A stretch of DNA of 64,000 nucleotides, from NCBI GenBank assembly GCA_025774605.1, contig JALGVR010000001.1, positions 2,634 to 66,633 of the forward strand. The letters are read 5' to 3'. Of the stretch, positions 19,442-29,164 are shown piece by piece. Below the pieces are notes generated by a model. That model was not told where the DNA came from, did no database searches, and saw nothing but the letters and a program-made list of their open reading frames with translations. The number at the start of each line of letters is the position of its first letter. Positions within the stretch are counted from its first letter, which is position 1. The DNA is from a bacterium. GTDB lineage: Bacteria; Electryoneota; AABM5-125-24; Hatepunaeales; Hatepunaeaceae. Position numbers and translations under genes: made by a program.

Positions 19442-20272
19442 ATGAAAGAGTTTGAAGATCTTAAGAAGAAAATACTGACTGAATATCCCCGTTTGAGCCC
19501 CAGGGATCGGTTCCGATTCGAGTGCGGTCCGGACCTCGAGTGCTTTAATGTTTGTTGTTCCGATGTGAATATCTTCCTGACGCCCTATGATGTGCTGATG
19601 ATGCGCAAAGCCCTGGATATGGACTCCACCCGCTTCCTCGCCGAATATACGATTGTTCCCTTCGACAAGAATCAGAAACTGCCCGTACCGCTGCTGAAGA
19701 TGCGCGATACCGAGCGGAAGGAATGCCGATTCGTGGATACCAGGAAGGGCTGCAAAATCTACGAGCACCGTCCCTGGCCCTGCCGCATATATCCGCTGGG
19801 CGCCGCGTCGCCCGGTGAGACCGAAGTTAACGCCGAGCCGTTTTATTTCCTGATCCAGGAGGGACACTGCAAGGGTCACGAACGCGCCAGGGAATGGACG
19901 GTGGATGAATGGCTCGAGGACCAGGGGATCAGCGAATATGCCGAGTTCGGTGAGCTGTTCAAGAAGGTCACGCTGCACCCGGCGTTCACGCGGGGAAGGG
20001 AGCTGGCGCCGCAACAGATCGATATGTACTGGACGGCGCTTTACGATCTCGATAAGTTCAGACGCTTCATCTTTGAAAGCAGTTTTCTCAAACGTTTCGA
20101 AATCACGGAGCCGAAACTCGACGAGCTGAAGGTCGACGATGTCTCGCTGCTTCGTTTCGGTTTCGATTGGATCAGGTTTGCCATGTTTGGAGAGAAACGG
20201 GTAAAAGTCAGACCGGACGCCGAGAAGTGGATAAAGGGCGAGGGGGTCAAACCGGGGGTTGCCAATGCCTGA
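19442..20272 (+). CDS. YkgJ/UPF0153-family Fe-S/Zn-binding protein (CxxCxxCC-type 'putative zinc- or iron-chelating domain').
   Basis: ECGPDLECFNVCC cluster. The downstream C..IY.HRPWPCRIYP signature is typical of YkgJ-like proteins. Its end overlaps the qmoC start by 14 bp. Confidence 0.55.
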   Translation: MKEFEDLKKKILTEYPRLSPRDRFRFECGPDLECFNVCCSDVNIFLTPYDVLMMRKALDMDSTRFLAEYTIVPFDKNQKLPVPLLKMRDTERKECRFVDTRKGCKIYEHRPWPCRIYPLGAASPGETEVNAEPFYFLIQEGHCKGHERAREWTVDEWLEDQGISEYAEFGELFKKVTLHPAFTRGRELAPQQIDMYWTALYDLDKFRRFIFESSFLKRFEITEPKLDELKVDDVSLLRFGFDWIRFAMFGEKRVKVRPDAEKWIKGEGVKPGVANA

Positions 20273-21434
20273 GGCGCTGATTGCCCGGCCGGACCGGGAT
20301 TTCATTCGCAGGGTCAAGGCCGCCGGCGGCGAATCGGTACAGAAGTGCTACCAGTGCGCGACCTGCTCGGTCGTCTGCGATCTGTCGCCGGTCGATTGTC
20401 CCTTCCCACGCAAGGAGATGATCTGGACGCAGTGGGGGATGGGCGATAAACTGATGACTGATCCGGACGTCTGGCTCTGTCACCAGTGCAACGACTGTTC
20501 GGTCAATTGTCCGAGGAATGCCAAGCCCAGCGAGGTGTTGGCGGCCATCCGCACGGTGGCTTTCGGTCACTTCGCCTTCCCCGGTTTCATGGGGAGGCTG
20601 CTCGCCAATCCATGGGGGTTGATCCCACTTTTGCTGCTGCCGATTATCCTCATCGGAGCGGTGATATGGCAGGAGACAGGCGGTAACCTGGCGCCGCTGT
20701 TTCATGCGTCGGTCGTGGATTTCAACCTCTTCATACCGCACGGCGTTTCCGATATGATGTTCATCATCGGTAACATTATCATCTTCACTTTTGCGGCTGT
20801 CGGACTGTTCCGATTCTGGCGGGGGATGCATAACTCCTGGGGCGTTCAGCCGAAGAGGGGTTTCATATCCGCGCTGATCTCGATCGTCCTTGAAATACTG
20901 CGGCACAACCGGTTCGGGAAGTGTACCGCCGGTCGTTATAGACAGACGGCTCATCTGCTGGTGCTCTTCGGTTTTATCGGGGCGGCGATCGCCACGGCCG
21001 GAGCGTTGGTCGAGATGATAGTCTTGCACGAGTTTCTCGGGCTCGAGGGGCACTATCCGCCCTTTCCGCTCTATCACCCGATCAAGATATTCGGCAACCT
21101 GGGCGGCTTTGCCATCCTCGTCGGACTGGCGATAATGATTGTCCAGCGGCTGACGAACCGGGAGAAGGTGGGTGTGGTCGGGTATTCAAACTGGCTGTTC
21201 ATCTGGATGGTCGGCCTGGTTACGCTCTCGGGCCTGCTGTGCCAGTTCATGCGGATCGCCGTGGTCCCTGAAGCGGCTTATCCCCTTTATTTTCTGCATC
21301 TCGTCACGGTCTTTTTCCTGCTCTGGTACGCGCCCTACAGCCAGTTCGGGCACATGTTCTACCGGACGCTGGCGATGATCTTTGCGCGGAGCGTGGGCAG
21401 GGAGGCGAGAGAACTAAAAAATAATAATTATTAA
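20259..21434 (+). CDS. qmoC: QmoC-like membrane subunit: an N-terminal HdrC-like di-[4Fe-4S] domain fused to an HdrE/NarI-like cytochrome b membrane domain.
   Basis: CYQCATCSVVCD and CHQCNDCSVNCP motifs are followed by about 6 TM helices. It is unusually placed upstream of qmoA. Confidence 0.7.
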   Translation: MPMPEALIARPDRDFIRRVKAAGGESVQKCYQCATCSVVCDLSPVDCPFPRKEMIWTQWGMGDKLMTDPDVWLCHQCNDCSVNCPRNAKPSEVLAAIRTVAFGHFAFPGFMGRLLANPWGLIPLLLLPIILIGAVIWQETGGNLAPLFHASVVDFNLFIPHGVSDMMFIIGNIIIFTFAAVGLFRFWRGMHNSWGVQPKRGFISALISIVLEILRHNRFGKCTAGRYRQTAHLLVLFGFIGAAIATAGALVEMIVLHEFLGLEGHYPPFPLYHPIKIFGNLGGFAILVGLAIMIVQRLTNREKVGVVGYSNWLFIWMVGLVTLSGLLCQFMRIAVVPEAAYPLYFLHLVTVFFLLWYAPYSQFGHMFYRTLAMIFARSVGREARELKNNNY

Positions 21435-21485
21435 ATTGGGAATTTAAATAATTTTGGAAACGATACATTCCATATTGGAGATGCT

Positions 21486-22730
21486 TTGAACACCGACCTT
21501 TTAGTGATCGGCGGAGGGATCGCCGGCATTACGGCTGCCGTCGAAGCGGCGGAAACCGGCAGGGAGGTCGTACTGGTGGAGAAGCAGCACCAACTCGGCG
21601 GACGCGTGCTGCAGATGCACAAGTACTTCCCCAAGCTGTGCCCACCGGTGTGCGGTCTCGAGATCAACTTCCGCCGCATCAGGCAGAATCCGAAGATCAA
21701 GGTTTTAACCGGCGCCAAACCGACCAGTATCGAAGGCGTTCCCGGCGATCTGACCGCGATCATCCACGTCGAACCGAGCTATGTAAAGGCTGATTTCACG
21801 AGCGGCAAAGGTGTTGAAAATGACTGTCCGGTGGAAATCGCCGATCGGTTCAATTTCGGCATGAACAGGACCAAGGCGTTCAGACTGCCGCACGAACTCG
21901 CCTACCCCTATCGGTATGTCATCGATGAGGAATCGGCTCACGACCCGGCGATGAAGCAATTTATCGAATCGTCCGGCATCGAGGGCGTTGACCTCGACAT
22001 GCAGCCCGAAGACGTCGAGGTCAAAGCCAAGGCGGTTATCTGGGCGACCGGCTGGGAACCCTACGACGCGAACAAGCTTGATCACCTCGCCTACGGCAGA
22101 CTGCCGAACGTCGTCACGAACATGGAGATGGAACGGATCGCCGCGGTCAACGGCCCCACGAAGGGCAAAATCCTCCGACCGTCCGATCAGCAGCCGATCA
22201 CCAGAGCCGCCTTCGTTCAGTGCGCCGGCTCACGTGACGAGAACCATCTGCCGTACTGCTCGGCGGTATGCTGCATGGCTTCACTGAAACAGAGCCGTTA
22301 CATCAGGGAGCAGTACCCGGACGCGGAGATCCACATTTTCTTTATCGACGCCCGCACTCCCGGTCGGTGGGAGGATTTTTACCAGGAAGTTCAGGACGAT
22401 GAGAAGACCGTCATCCACCGCGGCAAGGTGGCTCGCATCGAGGAAGCCGGGAACGGCATGGTGACGCTGACCGCCGAGAATACCTTGACGGGCAAGTTGG
22501 AACAGGTGAGCGTCGACATGGCGATCCTTGCCACAGGCATGGTTCCGACGGTCGCCGTGGACGCGCCACCGATCAAAATCAACGTGGATGAATTCGGTTT
22601 CATACAGAATAACGGGACTTCCGTTGTTGTCGGCGCCGGCGTAGCCACCGGCCCCAAGGACGTCGCCTCGACCAATGAGGAAGCGACCGGCGCGGTCGTG
22701 AGGGCGCTGCAGATGATGACGGGGAAATAG
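21486..22730 (+). CDS. qmoA: QmoA (HdrA-like flavoprotein).
   Basis: 414 aa. LVIGGGIAGITAA FAD motif. HdrA-family CAGSRD...YCS.VCC motif. Confidence 0.85.
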   Translation: MNTDLLVIGGGIAGITAAVEAAETGREVVLVEKQHQLGGRVLQMHKYFPKLCPPVCGLEINFRRIRQNPKIKVLTGAKPTSIEGVPGDLTAIIHVEPSYVKADFTSGKGVENDCPVEIADRFNFGMNRTKAFRLPHELAYPYRYVIDEESAHDPAMKQFIESSGIEGVDLDMQPEDVEVKAKAVIWATGWEPYDANKLDHLAYGRLPNVVTNMEMERIAAVNGPTKGKILRPSDQQPITRAAFVQCAGSRDENHLPYCSAVCCMASLKQSRYIREQYPDAEIHIFFIDARTPGRWEDFYQEVQDDEKTVIHRGKVARIEEAGNGMVTLTAENTLTGKLEQVSVDMAILATGMVPTVAVDAPPIKINVDEFGFIQNNGTSVVVGAGVATGPKDVASTNEEATGAVVRALQMMTGK

Positions 22731-22733
22731 AAC

Positions 22734-25001
22734 ATGGAAGCTAAAACAGGCGTATATATCTGTTCCGGCTGCGGCATCAAGGATTCTTGTAACGTTGAAG
22801 CCATCGCCAAGATGGTGGAAGACGAGCTCGATGTGGAGCTCTGCAAGGTTGATCCGCTGGTCTGCGGCGATGAATGTGTGGCGGGTATCAAAGCCGACAT
22901 CGAAGCCGCGGGGTTGGATCATGTGGTGATCGCCGGCTGTTCCGGCCGTTATTTTTCCGATCGATTCAAGTTCGGCGACAATGTGCTGATCGACCGGGTG
23001 GCTCTGCGTGAGTTCGTCGCCTGGACGAGCGATCCGCAGGCCGATATCGACGACATCGAAGAGGTTATACAGGAGCAGGCTGAAGACTACCTGCGCATGA
23101 GCGCAGCGCGGATGAAATACAGCGAAGCCCCCGTGCCGATGGATGTGGAGGAGACATCCAGGGATATCATGGTGGTCGGTGCGGGCGTGGCGGGGCTTAA
23201 CGCCGCGCTGGCCGCCGCTGATGCCGGTTACAAGGTTACACTTGTCGAAAAGGAAGCCGAGCTCGGCGGCTGGTCGAGGAAATTCAAGACGGTCATTCCC
23301 CAGGCCGCGCCCTATCGCGAACCTCAGGCTCCGCCTCACACCGAGCTCGTTAAAGCTGTGAACGATCACGAACTGATAAAGGTCCTTACTTCATCGACAG
23401 TGACCAGGACCAGCGGTCAGCCCGGTCAGTTCGACGTGACCATCCAGAACGGTTCGGGCGAAGAGAAACTTCGCATCGGCGCCATCGTCCAGGCGACCGG
23501 CTGGCTGCCTTACGATCCGACCAGGCTCGCGGACAAGTACGGTTACGGCAGGCTCCCCAACGTCATCACCAACGTCATGATGGAGGAGATGGCGGCGGCG
23601 GGCAGGATCGCCAGGCCGTCCGACGGCGCGGCGCCTAAGGCCGTGGCGATCATTCACTGCGCCGGATCGCGTGACAGGGAATTCCTGCCCTACTGTTCGG
23701 CGGTCTGCTGCCGGGTGGCCATGAAGCAGGCTCTGTATATCCGCGAGCAGATGCCGGATACCGATGTTTACCTGCTGTACAAGGACATCCGCAGCCCGGG
23801 CGTCTTTGAGCAGTTCTATGCCAGGGTTCAGGATGAGGAGGGCATCTACCTGACAAAGGGTGAGGTCGTCGAGGTTGTCGAAGACGGTAACGGCGGCGTT
23901 TCGGTGACCCTGGATGACACGCTGCTGGGTGAGAATATAACCGTTCAGGCGGATATGCTGGTGCTGGCGACCGGCATGGTTCCGACGACGCTTGTCGAAA
24001 CCGACGAGACGGACGGGGCGGAGACCGAAGAGAAACCCGCCGAAGAGTCCCCGGGTGACGGGGATGAGAAATCGAGGGCCGCCGGCGCTGAAACAGGCGC
24101 CAATATCCTGGCGCTGACCTACCGCCAGGGAACGGACCTGCCCACACTGAAATACGGATTTCCGGATTCTCATTTCATCTGTTTTCCCTACGAAACCAGA
24201 CGCACCGGCATCTATGCCGCCGGCGCCGTGCGCGCGCCGATGGATATGGGTATGGCGAGGAATGACGGACTGGGCGCGGCGCTGAAGGCGATCCAGGCGG
24301 TGGAAGCATTTCCGCTGGGGCGTGCGCTTCACCCGCGGTCCGGTGATATCAGCTTTCCGGAATTCTTCCTTCAACGCTGCACGCAATGCAAACGCTGTAC
24401 CGAGGAGTGTCCGTTCGGCAGCCTGGACGAGGACGACAAGGGCACACCGGAGCCGAACCTGCTGCGCTGCCGCCGCTGCGGCATCTGTATGGGCGCCTGC
24501 CCGGAGCGGATCATCTCGTTCAAGGACTACTCGCCGAATATGATCTCGCAGATGATCAAGGTCATTTCGATGCCCGAAGAGGACGACGAAAGACCGCGTT
24601 ACCTGGTGTTCATGTGCGAAAACGACGCGCTGCCGGCGTTTGACATCGCGGCCTGGCACAGGCACAAGATCTCTCCGTGGGTGCGCATCATTCCGGTGCG
24701 CTGCATCGGTTCGGTAAATACGGTGTTCATTGCCGACGCGCTGAACGGAGGCTTCGACGGCATCCTGCTGTTGGGTTGCAAGCGCGGTGACGATTATCAG
24801 TGTCACTTCGTGCGCGGCAGCGAACTCGCCAACACCAGGATGGAAAACGTCCAGGAGAAACTGCTGCAACTGTCGCTCGAAGAGGAGCGCGTCCAGATTC
24901 ATGAGGTCGAGCTGTCGGATTGGGATCGGATCCCGGAGATCATCAATGACTTCGTCGAGGAGATCAACGACATCGGGCCGAATCCGTTCAAGGATTTTTA
25001 G
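22734..25001 (+). CDS. qmoB: QmoB (HdrA-like flavoprotein with ferredoxin and a MvhD-like C-terminal domain).
   Basis: 755 aa. Two HdrA-like FAD halves, a di-cluster ferredoxin (CTQCKRCTEECP; CRRCGICMGACP), and a C-terminal MvhD-like domain. Confidence 0.85.
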   Translation: MEAKTGVYICSGCGIKDSCNVEAIAKMVEDELDVELCKVDPLVCGDECVAGIKADIEAAGLDHVVIAGCSGRYFSDRFKFGDNVLIDRVALREFVAWTSDPQADIDDIEEVIQEQAEDYLRMSAARMKYSEAPVPMDVEETSRDIMVVGAGVAGLNAALAAADAGYKVTLVEKEAELGGWSRKFKTVIPQAAPYREPQAPPHTELVKAVNDHELIKVLTSSTVTRTSGQPGQFDVTIQNGSGEEKLRIGAIVQATGWLPYDPTRLADKYGYGRLPNVITNVMMEEMAAAGRIARPSDGAAPKAVAIIHCAGSRDREFLPYCSAVCCRVAMKQALYIREQMPDTDVYLLYKDIRSPGVFEQFYARVQDEEGIYLTKGEVVEVVEDGNGGVSVTLDDTLLGENITVQADMLVLATGMVPTTLVETDETDGAETEEKPAEESPGDGDEKSRAAGAETGANILALTYRQGTDLPTLKYGFPDSHFICFPYETRRTGIYAAGAVRAPMDMGMARNDGLGAALKAIQAVEAFPLGRALHPRSGDISFPEFFLQRCTQCKRCTEECPFGSLDEDDKGTPEPNLLRCRRCGICMGACPERIISFKDYSPNMISQMIKVISMPEEDDERPRYLVFMCENDALPAFDIAAWHRHKISPWVRIIPVRCIGSVNTVFIADALNGGFDGILLLGCKRGDDYQCHFVRGSELANTRMENVQEKLLQLSLEEERVQIHEVELSDWDRIPEIINDFVEEINDIGPNPFKDF

Positions 25002-25046
25002 TCAATAAACAGCAATTACATACATTAACGATTTTGAGGAGAAATT

Positions 25047-26273
25047 ATGGCGGACAAAACCAAAGCCTCGGGAAAACTCGACGAGCTGAAAAAGGGTCCG
25101 TATCCGAGCTTCGTGAAGGAGATCGAGGCCGCCGCGGAAACCAACAAGATGGCGCATGACCTGATCGGTCAGCTTGAGCTTTCCTACGATGAAAAACTTT
25201 GCCACTGGAAACACGGCGGCATTGTAGGTGTGATGGGGTACGGCGGAGGCGTTATCGGTCGTTACAGCGATGTTCCGGAGAAATTTCCCAACGTGTCACA
25301 TTTTCACACCTTGCGCGTCAATCAGCCCGCTGCCTGGTTTTACAAGACGGATGCGTTGCGGAAGATATGCGACATGTGGGAGAAGCGTGGGTCTTCAGTA
25401 TTGAACGTTCACGGCTCAACCGGCGATATCGTTCTGCTGGGCACCACGACACCGCAATTGGAGCCCGTCTTCAATGAACTCACATCGCTGGGATTCGATC
25501 TGGGGGGATCGGGATCGGTACTCAGAACCCCGTCCTGCTGCGTGGGACCGGCGCGCTGCGAATGGGCGATGTACGACACCCTGAAATACGCTTACGAAAT
25601 GACAATGCGCTATCAGGATGAGCTGCACAGGCCGTACTTCCCCTACAAGTTCAAGTTCAAGTTTGCCGGCTGCCCCAATGACTGCGTGGCCTCGGTGGCG
25701 CGCGCCGACATGTCGTTCATCGGCACGTGGAAGGACGACATTCAGATCGACCAGGACAAGGTTCGCTGGTATGCTGAAGAGCGGAAGGTCGATATCGAAG
25801 ACGTGGTTGTGGAGCGCTGCCCGACCAAATGCATGGCTTGGGACGGCAAGGAGCTCTTCATCGACAACCGCAACTGCGCCAGGTGCATGCACTGCATCAA
25901 CGTCCTGCACCTCGCTCTCAAGCCCGGCAAGGACCGCGGCTGCACCATCATGCTCGGCGCGAAAGCCCCGATCCTTGAAGGCGCTCAGTTGTCGAGTGTC
26001 CTGGTGCCGTTCATGCGGATGGCGCCGCCTTATGGAGAGGACGAAGCCACCGCCGAAGACCTTCCGGAACTGATCGACAACATCTGGGAGCTGTGGGGCG
26101 AAGAGGGCAAGAACCGGGAACGTGTCGGCGAATTTATCCAGAGGATAGGCATGGGCAACTTCCTGGACGCCATCGGTCTCGAACCGCAGGCCGAGATGGT
26201 TGCGCATCCCCGCACAAACCCGTACGTCTTCTACGACCTGGGTAAGGATGAAGAAGAGGAAGAGGATGAGTAA
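25047..26273 (+). CDS. dsrA: Dissimilatory sulfite reductase alpha subunit.
   Basis: Collinear with Desulfovibrio DsrA ([27 protein letters not shown]; [19 protein letters not shown]; [11 protein letters not shown]). Confidence 0.9.
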   Translation: MADKTKASGKLDELKKGPYPSFVKEIEAAAETNKMAHDLIGQLELSYDEKLCHWKHGGIVGVMGYGGGVIGRYSDVPEKFPNVSHFHTLRVNQPAAWFYKTDALRKICDMWEKRGSSVLNVHGSTGDIVLLGTTTPQLEPVFNELTSLGFDLGGSGSVLRTPSCCVGPARCEWAMYDTLKYAYEMTMRYQDELHRPYFPYKFKFKFAGCPNDCVASVARADMSFIGTWKDDIQIDQDKVRWYAEERKVDIEDVVVERCPTKCMAWDGKELFIDNRNCARCMHCINVLHLALKPGKDRGCTIMLGAKAPILEGAQLSSVLVPFMRMAPPYGEDEATAEDLPELIDNIWELWGEEGKNRERVGEFIQRIGMGNFLDAIGLEPQAEMVAHPRTNPYVFYDLGKDEEEEEDE

Positions 26274-26352
26274 TACTGCTTCTCAGCTTGAGAAGTACAT
26301 CCTCGATCGCTCATTTAGGCAATTAATGATATAAAGATACAGGAGATCAACA

Positions 26353-27435
26353 ATGACAGCAGAACCAGCTGAAAGGTTGACTGATATAGGTCCACCGCAT
26401 TATGAGAGATTCCTGCCGCCGGTGGTGAAGGCAAACTATGGCAAGTGGGTGAGCCATGAAATCCTTCAACCGGGCGTACTGGTTCATACTGCGGAGTCCG
26501 GTGACAAGATCTATTCGATCAGGGCGGCAACCGCGCGCTTGATATCGGTGCCCAAGATACGTCAATTCTGTGATATTGCGGATAAATACTGCGACGGGCA
26601 CATTCGCTGGACGAGCCGCAACAACGTGGAATTTCTGACCACCAAGAAGGAGAATGTAGAACCCATCAAGCAGGCGGTTGAAGCGCTGGGTCATCCGGTG
26701 GGCGGCACCGGCAACAGTATAACCAACATCGTTCATACCCAGGGATGGGTTCATTGTCACTCGGCCGCCACCGATGCCTCCGGCATAGTCAAGGCGGTAA
26801 TGGATGAACTGATGGACGAATTCACCAACATGCGCCTGCCCGGCAAACTCCGCATCGCGCTGGCTTGCTGCCTTAACATGTGCGGCGCGGTTCACTGCTC
26901 GGACATCGCCATCCTTGGCATCCACCGCCGTCCGCCGACCATCGATCACGATCGGCTGCGCAAGATGTGCGAGATCCCGAACACCGTGGCAGCATGTCCG
27001 ACGGCGGCGGTCCGTCCGGTGACCATTGACGGCAACCCGTCGGTCGAGGTTATCGAAGAGCAGTGCATGTTCTGCGCCAACTGCTTCACGGTCTGTCCCT
27101 CCATGCCGCTCAACGATCCCGAATATGACGGCGTCTCAATCTGGGTCGGCGGCAAGGTGTCCAACGCGAGGCATGAGCCGACGTTCTCGAAGCTGGCGGT
27201 GCCATACATTCCCAACAATCCGCCGCGCTGGCCCGAAGTGGTCAGCGCCGTAAAGAACCTCGTCACCATCTGGACTGACAACGCCAGACCGTATGAACGG
27301 ATGGGCGAATGGATCGAACGGATCGGATGGCCGCGCTTCTTCGAGATGGCTGGAATTGACTTCCAGAAGGAACATATTGATGACTTCAAGCATGCAGTAA
27401 CAACCTACAAGACGTCTGCACACTTGAGGTTCTAA
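26353..27435 (+). CDS. dsrB: Dissimilatory sulfite reductase beta subunit.
   Basis: 360 aa. Siroheme/[4Fe-4S] Cys motifs ([20 protein letters not shown]). Follows dsrA. Confidence 0.9.
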   Translation: MTAEPAERLTDIGPPHYERFLPPVVKANYGKWVSHEILQPGVLVHTAESGDKIYSIRAATARLISVPKIRQFCDIADKYCDGHIRWTSRNNVEFLTTKKENVEPIKQAVEALGHPVGGTGNSITNIVHTQGWVHCHSAATDASGIVKAVMDELMDEFTNMRLPGKLRIALACCLNMCGAVHCSDIAILGIHRRPPTIDHDRLRKMCEIPNTVAACPTAAVRPVTIDGNPSVEVIEEQCMFCANCFTVCPSMPLNDPEYDGVSIWVGGKVSNARHEPTFSKLAVPYIPNNPPRWPEVVSAVKNLVTIWTDNARPYERMGEWIERIGWPRFFEMAGIDFQKEHIDDFKHAVTTYKTSAHLRF

Positions 27436-27454
27436 ACTGCGAAGGGAGAAGATT

Positions 27455-27721
27455 ATGGCTGATATGGTACCAGTCGAAGAGATTGCCGATGCTATGTTCA
27501 AGATGATTAAGGACGCTGCCGGCAAGAAGCAGTACAAATCAATGGATCTGCAGAAGGCGATGAAGGAGCTCTATCCGGGTCGAGTGGATAAACAGCTCTG
27601 CAAGGCGGCGATCAAGCAGCTTATCAATTCAGGACGCTGCATTTACACCTATTTCGGAGGCAGCTACATCGAGCTTCCTCACGTCGAAGGTGCGGCGAAT
27701 CCTGAACAGACGGAAACGTAG
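27455..27721 (+). CDS. dsrD: DsrD (small winged-helix protein, a marker of reductive-type Dsr).
   Basis: 88 aa. The position after dsrB and the C-terminal pattern (INSGRCIYTYFGGSYIEL) resemble Desulfovibrio DsrD. Confidence 0.7.
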   Translation: MADMVPVEEIADAMFKMIKDAAGKKQYKSMDLQKAMKELYPGRVDKQLCKAAIKQLINSGRCIYTYFGGSYIELPHVEGAANPEQTET

Positions 27722-29107
27722 TTGAACCCACCCCGGCTGCTCATAGCCGGATGCGGTGGAGACAGCGGAAAGACCTTGGTGACGCTGGGTCTGATCCGGA
27801 CCTGGCGTCACAAGGACATTAAAATAGTCCCTTTCAAGAAGGGACCCGATTATATCGATCCTGCCTGGCTTACCCTGGCATCCGGTGTTGAAACCCATAA
27901 TCTCGACACCTGGATGATGGGGCGGGAAGGAGTATTGCGCTCTTTTACACGATATTCGCGCCCGGATGCGTTGAACCTGATCGAGGGCAACCGCGGGCTG
28001 CACGACGGCGGGGACGCCCGGGGAACGCACTCCTCGGCGGTCATCGCCAGACTGCTGAAGACGCCGGTTGTCCTGGTTCTGCCCGTGAACAAGGTTACCC
28101 GAACGGCGGCGGCGTTTGTCCTGGGGGTTAAGCTTCTCGACGAAAATGTCCGTATCGCCGGTGTTGTTCTGAATCTTGTCGGCGGCGAACGGCATGAAGC
28201 CGTGGTCAGGAGGGCTGTTGAGGATGAGACCGGTGTGCCGGTGCTGGGGGCGGTGCCGCGCCGCAGGCGTGAGATCCTGCCCGACCGGCACCTGGGGCTG
28301 GTGACGCCGTCCGAACACGCGCAGGCCGACCAGGCGATCGAGGTCGCCTGCAGTATGGTTCGCGATACAATCGACACCGATCGGTTGCTGCGGATAGCCC
28401 ACGATACGGATGATTTGACCGGCACGGTCTCGGCTGAACCGGTGCACGAGATACACGACCGCAACATCAGGATCGGTTATTTCGCCGGTTCGGCGTTTAC
28501 CTTTTACTATCCCGAGAACCTGGAGGACTTGAAAGCCTCCGGGAGCTCGCTGGTGAAAATCAATCCGCTTGAAGCCCCGGCAATGCCTGAAATCGACGCT
28601 CTTTATATCGGCGGCGGGTTTCCTGAAACGCACGCCGCTTCGTTGAGCGGAAATCAACGGTTTATGCAAAGCGTGGCTGAGGCGGCGGCACGGGGACTGC
28701 CGGTCTGGGCCGAATGCGGTGGCTTGATGTTTCTGGCGCGGCGGCTTGAGTGGCGGGGGAGGAGCTACCCGATGGCCGGTGTTCTGCCGGTTGATGTCAA
28801 GGTTCAAGAACGTCCCCAGGGGCACGGCTACCAGGAGATCGAGGTCGACGCCGACAATCCGTTCCTCAGGATCGGAACACGTATACGCGGTCATGAGTTT
28901 CACTATTCGCGGGTGATTTCTCATGCTGAACCGCCGACCGTGTTCCGGGTGCGGCGGGGAACCGGGATCGGCGGCAATCGCGATGGTATCAGGATAAATA
29001 ACACACTCGCTTCGTATCTGCATGTGCATTCGTCTGCTGCACCGGAATGGTGTGATGGAATGATAAAAGCGGCAATGAATTACAACGTATCACATTTTCA
29101 GAAATAG
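27722..29107 (+). CDS. dsrN: Siroheme amidase DsrN (cobyrinic acid a,c-diamide synthase homolog). TTG start.
   Basis: CbiA-family P-loop (GCGGDSGKT). A C-terminal glutamine amidotransferase domain with the catalytic Cys (WAECGGLMFL). Confidence 0.8.
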   Translation: MNPPRLLIAGCGGDSGKTLVTLGLIRTWRHKDIKIVPFKKGPDYIDPAWLTLASGVETHNLDTWMMGREGVLRSFTRYSRPDALNLIEGNRGLHDGGDARGTHSSAVIARLLKTPVVLVLPVNKVTRTAAAFVLGVKLLDENVRIAGVVLNLVGGERHEAVVRRAVEDETGVPVLGAVPRRRREILPDRHLGLVTPSEHAQADQAIEVACSMVRDTIDTDRLLRIAHDTDDLTGTVSAEPVHEIHDRNIRIGYFAGSAFTFYYPENLEDLKASGSSLVKINPLEAPAMPEIDALYIGGGFPETHAASLSGNQRFMQSVAEAAARGLPVWAECGGLMFLARRLEWRGRSYPMAGVLPVDVKVQERPQGHGYQEIEVDADNPFLRIGTRIRGHEFHYSRVISHAEPPTVFRVRRGTGIGGNRDGIRINNTLASYLHVHSSAAPEWCDGMIKAAMNYNVSHFQK

Positions 29108-29164
29108 GTTCCGGAATTCCGGCGTTACAATTTGAACTGAAATGCACCCTGGAAGGAAACAGTA

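Noticed and set aside
20259-21434. Alternative reading of the qmoC-like gene as a second HdrC/DsrK-type subunit.
   Set aside because: It has a di-cluster ferredoxin followed by a six-helix b-type membrane domain and no CCG domain. That architecture fits QmoC, not HdrB/DsrK.
23391-24902. 503-aa ORF antisense to qmoB. Similar long antisense ORFs lie in dsrN (27629-29029), dsrL (29171-30571), dsrK (33430-34590), dsrP (35666-37072), cobA (40490-41887), the T9SS gene (9243-10574) and qmoA/qmoB (22281-23369).
   Set aside because: They are Arg/Pro/Gly-rich, low-complexity translations typical of the reverse strand of high-GC genes. They have no recognisable domains. The sense-strand genes have strong homology.
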